From assembly GCA_030694975.1 (NCBI GenBank), contig JAUYTU010000030.1, positions 1 to 24,000 on the forward strand: 24,000 nt of DNA, in the 5' to 3' direction. A model generated the notes under the pieces. The model searched no databases and was not told the DNA's origin. It saw only the letters and a list, made by a program, of their open reading frames with translations. Origin of the DNA: Erysipelotrichaceae bacterium (GTDB lineage Bacteria > Bacillota_I > Bacilli_A > Erysipelotrichales > Erysipelotrichaceae). The position numbers were made by a program, and so were the translations under genes. Shown here one piece after another: positions 7,425-14,619 of this stretch. Positions within the stretch are counted from its first letter, which is position 1. Each line of letters opens with the position of its first letter.

Positions 7425-7800
7425 CAGATAAGACTTGTAAATAAGATTTTAGCTCAGATAAAGACTCACTCCCGGACGAATAATCCTGGAGTTTTTTTTC
7501 AAAACTCGCTTTTTCATCGTCGCTTGCCAACTTTTTAAAATAACCCCAGACATGTTGCAGTGCATTGACGGCATTTCCTGTGTTCTCTTCTATAGTAAGT
7601 GCGAGTTCAATCAATCGTAAAAACTCATCTCTGGAATACCCGACTTTCACGGTTAACAACTGACGGATTTCGTTGTATAGATTAGGGCTTTTCTCAAGCA
7701 CTACATATTTAAGTTTGCTCCACTCTTGTTCTATTTTTTTAATGGGGACATTTTTCTTTTGAAGATTTGCATGCACTTGATTCAATATTTCGTTATTCAT
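7372..7800 (-). CDS. DUF1722 (YbgA-like) domain protein
   Basis: Shows the DUF1722 pattern: NALQHVWGYFKK, EK..F...L..Y..G, and YL..S.YF near the C-terminus. The start is uncertain. I prefer the ATG at 7800 (MNNEIL...). The track ORF extends to the ATG at 7851, which has no visible RBS. Confidence 0.65.
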   Translation of the reverse strand: MNNEILNQVHANLQKKNVPIKKIEQEWSKLKYVVLEKSPNLYNEIRQLLTVKVGYSRDEFLRLIELALTIEENTGNAVNALQHVWGYFKKLASDDEKASFEKKLQDYSSGSESLSELKSYLQVLSVKYDRKYLLKSYYFQSK

Positions 7801-7894
7801 ATAAACTCGCTTTCGGTAAGAGATTTCTCTTTCGATTATCATAACATACATTTGAATGTTTGTAAGTCAGTAAAAACCTCAGATTGACAAGGTG

Positions 7895-7903
7895 TGATAT
7901 AAT
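7895..7903 (+). promoter_or_regulatory. Extended -10 promoter element upstream of the helicase gene
   Basis: TGaTATAAT at 7895-7903. A perfect ttgaca at 7884-7889 is only 8 nt upstream and is therefore mis-spaced for a -35. Confidence 0.4.
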
Positions 7904-7924
7904 ACGTGAGTAAATGAAGAAAGT

Positions 7925-9379
7925 ATGAGAAACCGTATGAAATTAACCTTTGAAAGCTTTGGATTAAGTGAGCAAATCCAACGTTCTATAGAACTGCTCG
8001 GATATCAACAACCAACGGAAGTGCAATCAGTCCTTATTGAATCCATGATTGAAGGAAATGACGTTGTAATTCAATCACAGACGGGAAGCGGTAAAACGGC
8101 AGCATTTGCGATTCCGATCTGCGATAATATTGATTTTGATCAAAACAAACCCCAAGCACTGATCATTGCTCCTACTCGCGAACTCGCTTTACAAATTAAG
8201 GAAGATGTTTTTCATATCGGCCGCTTCAAACGTGTTAAAGTTTCGGTACTTTTCGGTAAGTTCCCTTATGAAGTACAAGTCAAGGAGTTAAAACAAAAAA
8301 CGCACATCGTCGTTGGGACTCCCGGACGTGTGCTCGATCATATTAAACGTGGTACATTGGATGTTTCTGAAATTAAGTATTTGATTATTGATGAAGCCGA
8401 TGAAATGTTTAAGTTGGGCTTTCTGATCGAAATGAATCAAATTATTAAGAAATTACCCGTGAAGCGACAGACCGTTCTTCTTTCCGCAACCATTCCGGAT
8501 CAGATTCAGGATTTGATAGCTTTTGCGGTTAGAAATCCGAAATTTATCAAGATTGATGAGGAGAGCAATGTTCTCGATCGTATCACTCAATATAAATTAT
8601 CGGTGGTAGAACCAGCCAAGCTGCGTTTGACCCGTGAGATACTTATGACCTTACAGCCGGATAGCTGTATGATTTTCTGTAATCTTAAGGTAACCGTTGA
8701 TGATGTCTATGATTATTTCAAAGATATGAAATTTCCGATTCAGCGTTTGCATGGCGGTATGGAACAAAATGACCGTACGCAGATCATCAAGGACTTTAAA
8801 CAAGGCGGATTTCGGTTTTTAGTGGCAACCGATGTTGCGGCGCGGGGGTTGGATATTGATCAGGTGTCATTGATTATCAATTATGATATTCCGTTAGAAG
8901 CTGAAATCTATGTTCATCGAATCGGCCGAACAGGACGTTTTGATCAAATGGGCAAAGCGATTACGTTCTACACATCGAATCAAGGTCGTTTCTTGCGTAA
9001 CATCGAGGACTTTACGGAAGTACATATGGAAAATTTGGTGTTGCCGGATAAAGAGACGTTACAAAATGCACACATTGACAGTGCCCGTCAAATTCGTGAG
9101 AAGAAGATTGTTAAAAAAGTCAAAGGTGAGCAGCTCAATGAGGGTATCACAGCTCTTCAGATTCGGGCAGGGAAGCAATCCAAGATTCGCCCGACCGATA
9201 TCGTCGGTGCGATTTGTTCGATTGAAGGTGTGAGTGCACTGGATATCGGTGTAATCAATATCGGCGAGTTGTTCAGTGATGTAGAAATACTCAATGAAAA
9301 AGGGAATTTGGTTCTTGAACAATTACAACTTCTTCCGATGAAAGGGAAGATGAGAAAAGTAGTGAAAATAAAGAAATAG
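7925..9379 (+). CDS. dbpA: DEAD-box ATP-dependent RNA helicase with a C-terminal DbpA-type RNA-binding domain (DbpA/YxiN-like)
   Basis: Q motif (F..F.L......GY..PT.VQ), motif I SQTGSGKT, motif II DEAD, SAT, HRIGRTGR, and a C-terminal segment IRPTDIVGAI......IG.I typical of the DbpA domain. An alternative start is the ATG at 7937. Confidence 0.92.
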   Translation: MRNRMKLTFESFGLSEQIQRSIELLGYQQPTEVQSVLIESMIEGNDVVIQSQTGSGKTAAFAIPICDNIDFDQNKPQALIIAPTRELALQIKEDVFHIGRFKRVKVSVLFGKFPYEVQVKELKQKTHIVVGTPGRVLDHIKRGTLDVSEIKYLIIDEADEMFKLGFLIEMNQIIKKLPVKRQTVLLSATIPDQIQDLIAFAVRNPKFIKIDEESNVLDRITQYKLSVVEPAKLRLTREILMTLQPDSCMIFCNLKVTVDDVYDYFKDMKFPIQRLHGGMEQNDRTQIIKDFKQGGFRFLVATDVAARGLDIDQVSLIINYDIPLEAEIYVHRIGRTGRFDQMGKAITFYTSNQGRFLRNIEDFTEVHMENLVLPDKETLQNAHIDSARQIREKKIVKKVKGEQLNEGITALQIRAGKQSKIRPTDIVGAICSIEGVSALDIGVINIGELFSDVEILNEKGNLVLEQLQLLPMKGKMRKVVKIKK

Positions 9380-9398
9380 TGCGGGTGCACTATTTTTT
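9376..9398. terminator. Bidirectional terminator shared by the convergent helicase and patatin genes
   Basis: 7-bp stem atagtgc (9376-9382) / gcactat (9387-9393) with loop gggt. T-rich runs flank it on both strands: tttttt on + and ttctttatttt on -. Both stop codons lie inside or at the hairpin. Confidence 0.7.
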
Positions 9399-10175
9399 AA
9401 TTTTAGCTAAAAGTTTAGGAAGTTTGGGGTGACCCATAACTGAATAATAGCCGATTTTGTAGATCTGATCGAAATGACTGACATCAAGGATGTTAAATTC
9501 GCTTAAACCATGCGGTTCAATGAGGAGATTACATTTTCTTTTCATTTCTTTGCTCAATGTACTAATACTTAATTGGAAAGTGCGAACTCCGACATCGTGA
9601 AGATTTTCAATTTTCGATACCGGTCCGGTCGCCATCACATCCACAGCGATGATGATGTCACAATCTTCAAGCAAAGGCTTAATCGGCAGATTATCAAGGA
9701 CACCACCGTCAACATATTTTTGACCATTGATCTCTACCGGTGAAAAAAGTACGGGAATAGAAGAGGAAGCTATTACAGCATCAATGACATTTCCGGATTT
9801 CATATATTCAACTTCACCGGAATAGAGATTAGTCAAAGCAATGTAAAGTTTTTTGTTCATTTCACTAAAATCTTTTTTCTTGATTATTTCGTTGAGGGTT
9901 TTGCGCAGATTATCCAAATTCATCAGCCCGTCAACGGGTAAAATGATTTTCGCATAGTCGATGAATTTCTTATCTTTCATAACTTTGTAAATATCATCGG
10001 TGCTCAAACCACAAGCGTAAAGAGCCGCCGCGATTGATCCGGCGCTGGTGCCGGAAACGACTTGAATATCTACACCGAGTTCTTCAAGTGCTTTTAAAGC
10101 GCCTAAGTGAGCCACCCCGCGTGAACCGCCACCGCTAAGTGCGATTCCTACGACTTTCTTTTTTTTACCAAACAT
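9390..10175 (-). CDS. Patatin-like phospholipase (YlbK/RssA-like)
   Basis: 261 aa with oxyanion motif GGGSRG, nucleophile-elbow motif GTSAG and catalytic-Asp motif DGG. The aagagg RBS overlaps the mgsA stop. Confidence 0.9.
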   Translation of the reverse strand: MFGKKKKVVGIALSGGGSRGVAHLGALKALEELGVDIQVVSGTSAGSIAAALYACGLSTDDIYKVMKDKKFIDYAKIILPVDGLMNLDNLRKTLNEIIKKKDFSEMNKKLYIALTNLYSGEVEYMKSGNVIDAVIASSSIPVLFSPVEINGQKYVDGGVLDNLPIKPLLEDCDIIIAVDVMATGPVSKIENLHDVGVRTFQLSISTLSKEMKRKCNLLIEPHGLSEFNILDVSHFDQIYKIGYYSVMGHPKLPKLLAKIKK

Positions 10176-10187
10176 GTACGTACCTCT

Positions 10188-10571
10188 TTAATCTCGGTGC
10201 GTCAAAGCAAACAGCATCAGATTTGCTGTGGATGGATTGCTTGCGGTTGGAATATCATACAGAACTGCGATACGCAACAACGCTTTCACATCAGGATCGT
10301 GCGGCTGTGAAGTCAGCGGATCCCAAAAGAAAATCAACATATCGATTTCTTTTTGAGCGATAGCTGCACCGACTTGCTGATCGCCGCCCAGCGGTCCGGA
10401 CATGTAAGCTTTGACATTTAGACCGGTAGCTTCAGCGATGCGTTTTGAAGTCGTTCCGGTACCACACAAATGATGTAGGGCAAGTTCTTCTTTATGGGAT
10501 TGTACCCACTTAACTAAATCTGGTTTGCGGTTGTCATGGGCGATGAGTGCAATCGTCATTTGTTTTTTCAT
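10188..10571 (-). CDS. mgsA: Methylglyoxal synthase
   Basis: 127 aa with IALIAHD..K, L.GTGTT, SGPLGGDQQ.GA and FWDPL...PHD.DV.AL.R, which closely match canonical MgsA. Confidence 0.95.
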   Translation of the reverse strand: MKKQMTIALIAHDNRKPDLVKWVQSHKEELALHHLCGTGTTSKRIAEATGLNVKAYMSGPLGGDQQVGAAIAQKEIDMLIFFWDPLTSQPHDPDVKALLRIAVLYDIPTASNPSTANLMLFALTHRD

Positions 10572-10594
10572 ATAATACCCCCGATTTCAAGTTA

Positions 10595-10623
10595 ATTGTA
10601 TCATAAAAGCCGATGTCTTTCGA
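10595..10623 (-). promoter_or_regulatory. Candidate promoter of mgsA-patatin, overlapping the heliorhodopsin terminator
   Basis: On the - strand: tcgaaa, 17-nt spacer, extended -10 TGaTACAAT (plus-strand coordinates 10595-10603). Confidence 0.3.
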
Positions 10624-10631
10624 CACCGGCT
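10604..10631 (-). terminator. Rho-independent terminator of the heliorhodopsin gene
   Basis: On the - strand: agccggtgtc-gaaa-gacatcggct (10-bp stem with one G-U pair) followed by tttt. A smaller hairpin acgaatc-tttt-gattcgt (10642-10659) precedes it. Confidence 0.7.
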
Positions 10632-10660
10632 TATCTATATCAACGAATCAAAAGATTCGT

Positions 10661-11440
10661 TTATGGTTGCATTGCACCAAACAATACTAACCAAGCGAGA
10701 ATGGATTTAGCGGCTAAACTCAGTACGATATAGGTACGTTCGCCATACAGATAATCTTTCCATTTACCGATGCCTTTGTATTGAAGGATCATGTTAATTG
10801 GGAAGGTATTGAAAGCGACGAAGTAAGTTCCGACAATCGCCCAGACAAACCATGGGATCATATCGAAGTTTCCGGTTCCGAACATATACAGGAAGATGGC
10901 GATCCAAGGTGCTAATCCGGCAAGACTTCCCCAGATAAACGGTCCCCAATTGACTTTTTTCTTTTCAGTTCCGGCATTGATTAATTCCATATCAAGACCG
11001 AATAAATTCATCGAAGCGTTGACAATGAAGATTAAGATCAGCGATACGATATCGTAAATACCGAATAAAGTTGCGATCAGTACGATCATGATGGAGGAAC
11101 TCAAAGCATATTCGAACCAGCGGAACTTATTGATGCCCAATTTAAGATCATCTTCATATTTTTTTGCGTTAAGCACGATCAATCCATGAGCGACGGCTGA
11201 GATTAACAGAAAGGATGAGACCAGAATTCCGAAGGGAAGGGCGAAAAGCTCACGGCTCACAACTTCCAGCGACATGGTTTCGAAATTGAAGGTTTGATAG
11301 AATTGAATAATGGTCGGTTGAAATTCACTTATTTTTTGGATGACGGTCGTTGCCAGAAATAACATGACCAATCCTTGGACCAGGTGGAAACCACCCATGA
11401 TTAAGTTAAAGCGTTTTAATTTTGTGTAGGTATCTTTCAT
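10661..11440 (-). CDS. Heliorhodopsin (seven-TM retinal-binding protein, HeR family)
   Basis: 259 aa with 7 predicted TM helices. Blocks match my recollection of HeR 48C12: FHLVQG (His19), AVAHG (His85), FRWFEYALSSSIMIVLIA (counterion Glu110, codon 11111-11113), NASMNLFG, and QYKGIGKW.DYLYGERTYIVLSLAAKSILAW (Schiff-base Lys245, codon 10706-10708). There is a long TM1-TM2 loop, as in HeRs. RBS aggaga. Confidence 0.88.
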   Translation of the reverse strand: MKDTYTKLKRFNLIMGGFHLVQGLVMLFLATTVIQKISEFQPTIIQFYQTFNFETMSLEVVSRELFALPFGILVSSFLLISAVAHGLIVLNAKKYEDDLKLGINKFRWFEYALSSSIMIVLIATLFGIYDIVSLILIFIVNASMNLFGLDMELINAGTEKKKVNWGPFIWGSLAGLAPWIAIFLYMFGTGNFDMIPWFVWAIVGTYFVAFNTFPINMILQYKGIGKWKDYLYGERTYIVLSLAAKSILAWLVLFGAMQP

Positions 11441-11466
11441 TTGAAAATATCTCCTTTTACAATCAT

Positions 11467-11495
11467 AGTATACGCCTAATAAAAATATAATGCAA
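11467..11495 (-). promoter_or_regulatory. Candidate sigma-A promoter of the heliorhodopsin gene
   Basis: On the - strand: ttgcat (plus 11490-11495), exactly 17 nt of spacer, tatact (plus 11467-11472). It lies about 27 nt upstream of the ATG. The palindrome gcaatt-a-aattgc (11492-11504) overlaps the -35. Confidence 0.4.
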
Positions 11496-11610
11496 TTAAA
11501 TTGCGTAAAATATAATAATCTATTTTTATGAGTTTTTTAGTTTCCGCTTTCGGTCAAAGTTCCTGTGAAATTTGTCAATTATGATATCATTGAAATAGTC
11601 GAGGTGAGTT

Positions 11611-13074
11611 ATGGTTAACAAGAAAATCAACATGGAACGTATCGGGTTTCAAATCGATAACAGTTATACTGAGTTGCCCAAAGAACTATATTCTGTGATA
11701 GAAACTAAAGATGTATCGAATCCATCGTTCGTTATGTTTAATGAATCATTAGCCGAATCCTTAGGACTGGATTTCTCAATGATCTCTGATTCCGAAAAAG
11801 CCGAAATATTTTGCGGAAACATTCGGCTGCCGAATTCAATTCCAATAGCACAGGCTTATGGAGGGCATCAGTTCGGTCGTTTTACATTTTTAGGCGATGG
11901 ACGTGCACTGTTGTTAGGCGAACACATCACACCGGATGGTAGCCGGGTTGACATTCAGTTGAAGGGTTCAGGACCGACACCATATTCACGTGGCGGCGAT
12001 GGACTTGCGGCTTTAGGACCGATGTTACGAGAATTTCTGATCAGTGAGGCGATGGCAGCATTAAACATCCCAACAACTCGCAGTCTGGCGGTTGTATTGA
12101 CAAATCAAAGGGTACACAGACAAGTAGATTTGGATGGTGCGGTTTTAACACGAATCGCAAAAAGTCATATTCGCGTCGGTACTTTTCAGTATGCTTTGGC
12201 TCAGGGTGGAGTTGAAACATTGAGAGCACTGGCGGATTACACCATTCACCGACATTTTCCAAATATCAACGATGAAAACCGCTATTTAGAATTATTGAAT
12301 GAAGTCATCAAGGCACAAGCGAAGTTAATTGCACAATGGCAGCTTGTCGGGTTTATTCACGGGGTCATGAATACCGATAATATGGCGATTAGTGGCGAGA
12401 CTATTGATTATGGTCCGTGTGCGTGGCTAGACACCTATGAGCCGAAAACAGTGTATAGTTCGATTGACTATTCCGGTCGATATGCATTTATTAATCAACC
12501 GGCAATCGCCGCATGGAATCTGGCGAGATTTGCGGAAACATTACTTCCTCTTCTTGAGAAAGATCAGTTTTTAGCTCAGAAAATGGCACAGGATGCGGTT
12601 GAAACGTTTTTGCCATTATTTAAAGATGAGTGGTTAAGTGGTATGAGAAAGAAATTAGGACTTTTCAGTGAGGAAGTTGAGGATGAAGGATTAATTGATG
12701 AGCTTTTAAATATCATGCATAAACAAAAACTCGATTATCATCTTACGTTTGTCAATCTGACGACAAATATTGACGCGTATGAAAAAAAGTTTGAATTTGC
12801 TGAGTGGCTGATTAAGTATCGTATTCGCAGGTCAAGGCAGCGTGAATCACTCGATGAATCAATTGTATTGATGAAAAGTGTCAATCCGGCCATCGTTCCA
12901 CGAAATCATCTTGTTGAGGAAGCTCTAAGCCATGCGACTGAACATGATCTGAGTAAGTTTAATCATTTGCTTGAACTGTTAAAAACTCCGTTTCAATATT
13001 CAAGTGAGCAATTGCAAGCCAATCAACCTGCATCAGCATCCTCCGTTCCGTATAAAACTTTTTGTGGAACATAA
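11611..13074 (+). CDS. selO: Protein adenylyltransferase SelO (YdiU family pseudokinase-fold AMPylase/UMPylase)
   Basis: 487 aa with AQAYGGHQFG.F..LGDGRA.LLGE, the catalytic-loop equivalent HGVMNTDNM, DYGP, and a C-terminal ...TFCGT with Cys third from the end. RBS gaggtga. Confidence 0.93.
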   Translation: MVNKKINMERIGFQIDNSYTELPKELYSVIETKDVSNPSFVMFNESLAESLGLDFSMISDSEKAEIFCGNIRLPNSIPIAQAYGGHQFGRFTFLGDGRALLLGEHITPDGSRVDIQLKGSGPTPYSRGGDGLAALGPMLREFLISEAMAALNIPTTRSLAVVLTNQRVHRQVDLDGAVLTRIAKSHIRVGTFQYALAQGGVETLRALADYTIHRHFPNINDENRYLELLNEVIKAQAKLIAQWQLVGFIHGVMNTDNMAISGETIDYGPCAWLDTYEPKTVYSSIDYSGRYAFINQPAIAAWNLARFAETLLPLLEKDQFLAQKMAQDAVETFLPLFKDEWLSGMRKKLGLFSEEVEDEGLIDELLNIMHKQKLDYHLTFVNLTTNIDAYEKKFEFAEWLIKYRIRRSRQRESLDESIVLMKSVNPAIVPRNHLVEEALSHATEHDLSKFNHLLELLKTPFQYSSEQLQANQPASASSVPYKTFCGT

Positions 13075-13128
13075 TGTAAGTTTAGTGAAAATCAACAGGT
13101 GAATTATCGACATTTTCAGAAATAACCT

Positions 13129-13155
13129 TTGACATGAATTTGTTCATGTTATAAT
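13129..13155 (+). promoter_or_regulatory. Promoter of rbsK with an embedded inverted repeat (possible operator)
   Basis: TTGACA (13129-13134) and extended -10 TGtTATAAT (13147-13155) with a 15-nt spacer. A perfect 7-4-7 inverted repeat acatgaa-tttg-ttcatgt (13132-13149) fills the spacer. Confidence 0.55.
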
Positions 13156-13174
13156 AAATCAAAAAGGAGTTCAT

Positions 13175-14092
13175 ATGGGAAAAATCGTGGTTGTTGGCAG
13201 TGTCAACATGGATTATACGGCGTTAGTAAAGGACTTACCGTTACCGGGTGAAACGTTGTTAGCTAAAGGCTTTCAAATGTCCGGTGGGGGAAAAGGGGCA
13301 AATCAGGCCATGGCCGCCGCTGCTTTTTCAAGTCATGTCAAGATGATCAGTATGTTGGGGGATGATTTGGCGGGTCATGCATTGTTTGATAAAATGCAGA
13401 ACAAAGGGATTGATATCAGTTGTGTCAGTTTTTGTGAAACACCGACTGGAAATGCCTTAATCAATGTTGCTGATATGGGGAAAAACACGATCGTCGTCTT
13501 TCCCGGAGCCAATCATAAATTAACGGAAGATGTCATCGAAAAACATCGTGATGTGATTGTTGATGCGGATATCGTGGTCATGCAATTGGAAATTCCGATG
13601 GCTACGGTAAAGAAGGTTGCAGAAATTGCCCATAATGCCAATGTTCCAATCCTTTTAAATCCGGCACCGGCACAGAAGTTAGATGCTGAACTGTTGAGTA
13701 AAGTAACTTACATCACGCCCAATGAAACGGAATTACTACGACTCACAAACTCTTTTGAGACTCAACGCGGAGCACAGGCCTTGCGCGCACTGGGTGTTAA
13801 AAATGTTATCATCACGTTGGGTTCGAAGGGTTGTTACGTAAAGACAGATACCGAAGAATTTCGTGTGGAAAGTTTTAAAGTTGATGCCATCGATACAACG
13901 GCGGCCGGCGATTCTTTTAGCGGAGCACTTGCGGCTCAGCTGGCTGTAGGCGTTGATTTGAAAACTGCATTGAAGATTGCTAATGCAACAGGTGCGTTAA
14001 CAACGACAAAGGTTGGAGCGCAGGAGGCATTACCTACCAAAGAAGAAGTAGAAGCATTACTTCTGGCGAATCCGAAATATTTGAGAGACTAA
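13175..14092 (+). CDS. rbsK: Ribokinase (PfkB family)
   Basis: 305 aa with VVGS.NMD, GGKGANQA, the NE.E motif (PNETE) and DTTAAGDSF. RBS aaaggag. Confidence 0.9.
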   Translation: MGKIVVVGSVNMDYTALVKDLPLPGETLLAKGFQMSGGGKGANQAMAAAAFSSHVKMISMLGDDLAGHALFDKMQNKGIDISCVSFCETPTGNALINVADMGKNTIVVFPGANHKLTEDVIEKHRDVIVDADIVVMQLEIPMATVKKVAEIAHNANVPILLNPAPAQKLDAELLSKVTYITPNETELLRLTNSFETQRGAQALRALGVKNVIITLGSKGCYVKTDTEEFRVESFKVDAIDTTAAGDSFSGALAAQLAVGVDLKTALKIANATGALTTTKVGAQEALPTKEEVEALLLANPKYLRD

Positions 14093-14151
14093 GGAATTAG
14101 GCTGTAAAGAATATTTACGTTGTGATTTCGCAAAATATGAATCGATTAACT

Positions 14152-14175
14152 AGAAGCGTAACTGCTTCTTTTTTA
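14152..14175 (+). terminator. Rho-independent terminator after rbsK
   Basis: Stem agaagc (14152-14157) / gcttct (14164-14169), 6-nt loop, then ttttt. Confidence 0.55.
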
Positions 14176-14245
14176 AAGGATTATCCTTAATTATTGGTGT
14201 ATGTTAAAATAGTACATATGACTAAATACGATGAGTGAGGTACGT

Positions 14246-14545
14246 ATGAATTTTCCATGGTTCTACCATATATTGATTATTACGGTTATATTAACTTTCT
14301 TGCTTTTTATTAAATTCAATAAGGAACTTGGCATGTGGGGAAGAGGTTTTTGGGTAGTGTTATTGCTTGCTGATATTTATTTGTACGTACGGATGATTTT
14401 TGCTCAATGGTTTCCTGTTTCAGGAAGTTGGGATGATCTGGTCTATGGACTATTTTTCGCATTTGCTTCATACGCTCTGTTAACCGCGATGGTAACTACA
14501 GGATTGTATATGATGTACAAACGCAAGCAAAGCAATAAAAGATAA
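14246..14545 (+). CDS. Small hypothetical membrane protein (about 3 TM helices)
   Basis: ORF with three hydrophobic segments and no recognisable family. The ATG at 14246 has a gtgagg RBS 5 nt upstream. The track start at 14231 lacks one. Confidence 0.5.
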   Translation: MNFPWFYHILIITVILTFLLFIKFNKELGMWGRGFWVVLLLADIYLYVRMIFAQWFPVSGSWDDLVYGLFFAFASYALLTAMVTTGLYMMYKRKQSNKR

Positions 14546-14619
14546 AGCCTATGGATATCCGGTTGAGAATATGTTCGCGATTTGATACAATAAACGCATA
14601 TAGTGAATGGGAGAAATAT

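Noticed and set aside
7372-7800. DUF1722 (YbgA, often photolyase-linked) as a light-response partner of the heliorhodopsin
   Set aside because: The two genes are about 3 kb apart and separated by three unrelated genes and terminators. No photolyase is present in the window. The association is too loose to claim.
8910-9390. Alternative-frame and antisense ORFs inside the 3' part of the helicase gene (8910-9233 +, 9059-9322 -, 9157-9390 -)
   Set aside because: They overlap a gene with unambiguous DEAD-box and DbpA-domain motifs. Their translations are basic or low-complexity and lack start signals.
9390-10175. Patatin-like phospholipase as a defence (CBASS-type) effector
   Set aside because: There is no cyclase, sensor, or other defence gene nearby. 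The size and motifs fit the housekeeping YlbK/RssA type, and the gene is translationally linked to mgsA.
14140-14150. Exact 11-mer aatcgattaac repeated at 14140-14150 and 17299-17309, both near terminators
   Set aside because: About 70 identical 11-mer pairs are expected by chance in 24 kb (24000^2/2/4^11), and more in AT-rich DNA. The flanks do not extend the match.
14176-14188. 6-1-6 palindrome aaggat-t-atcctt upstream of the small-membrane-protein/GT2 genes
   Set aside because: About six such palindromes are expected by chance in this window. I could not anchor it to an adjacent promoter.
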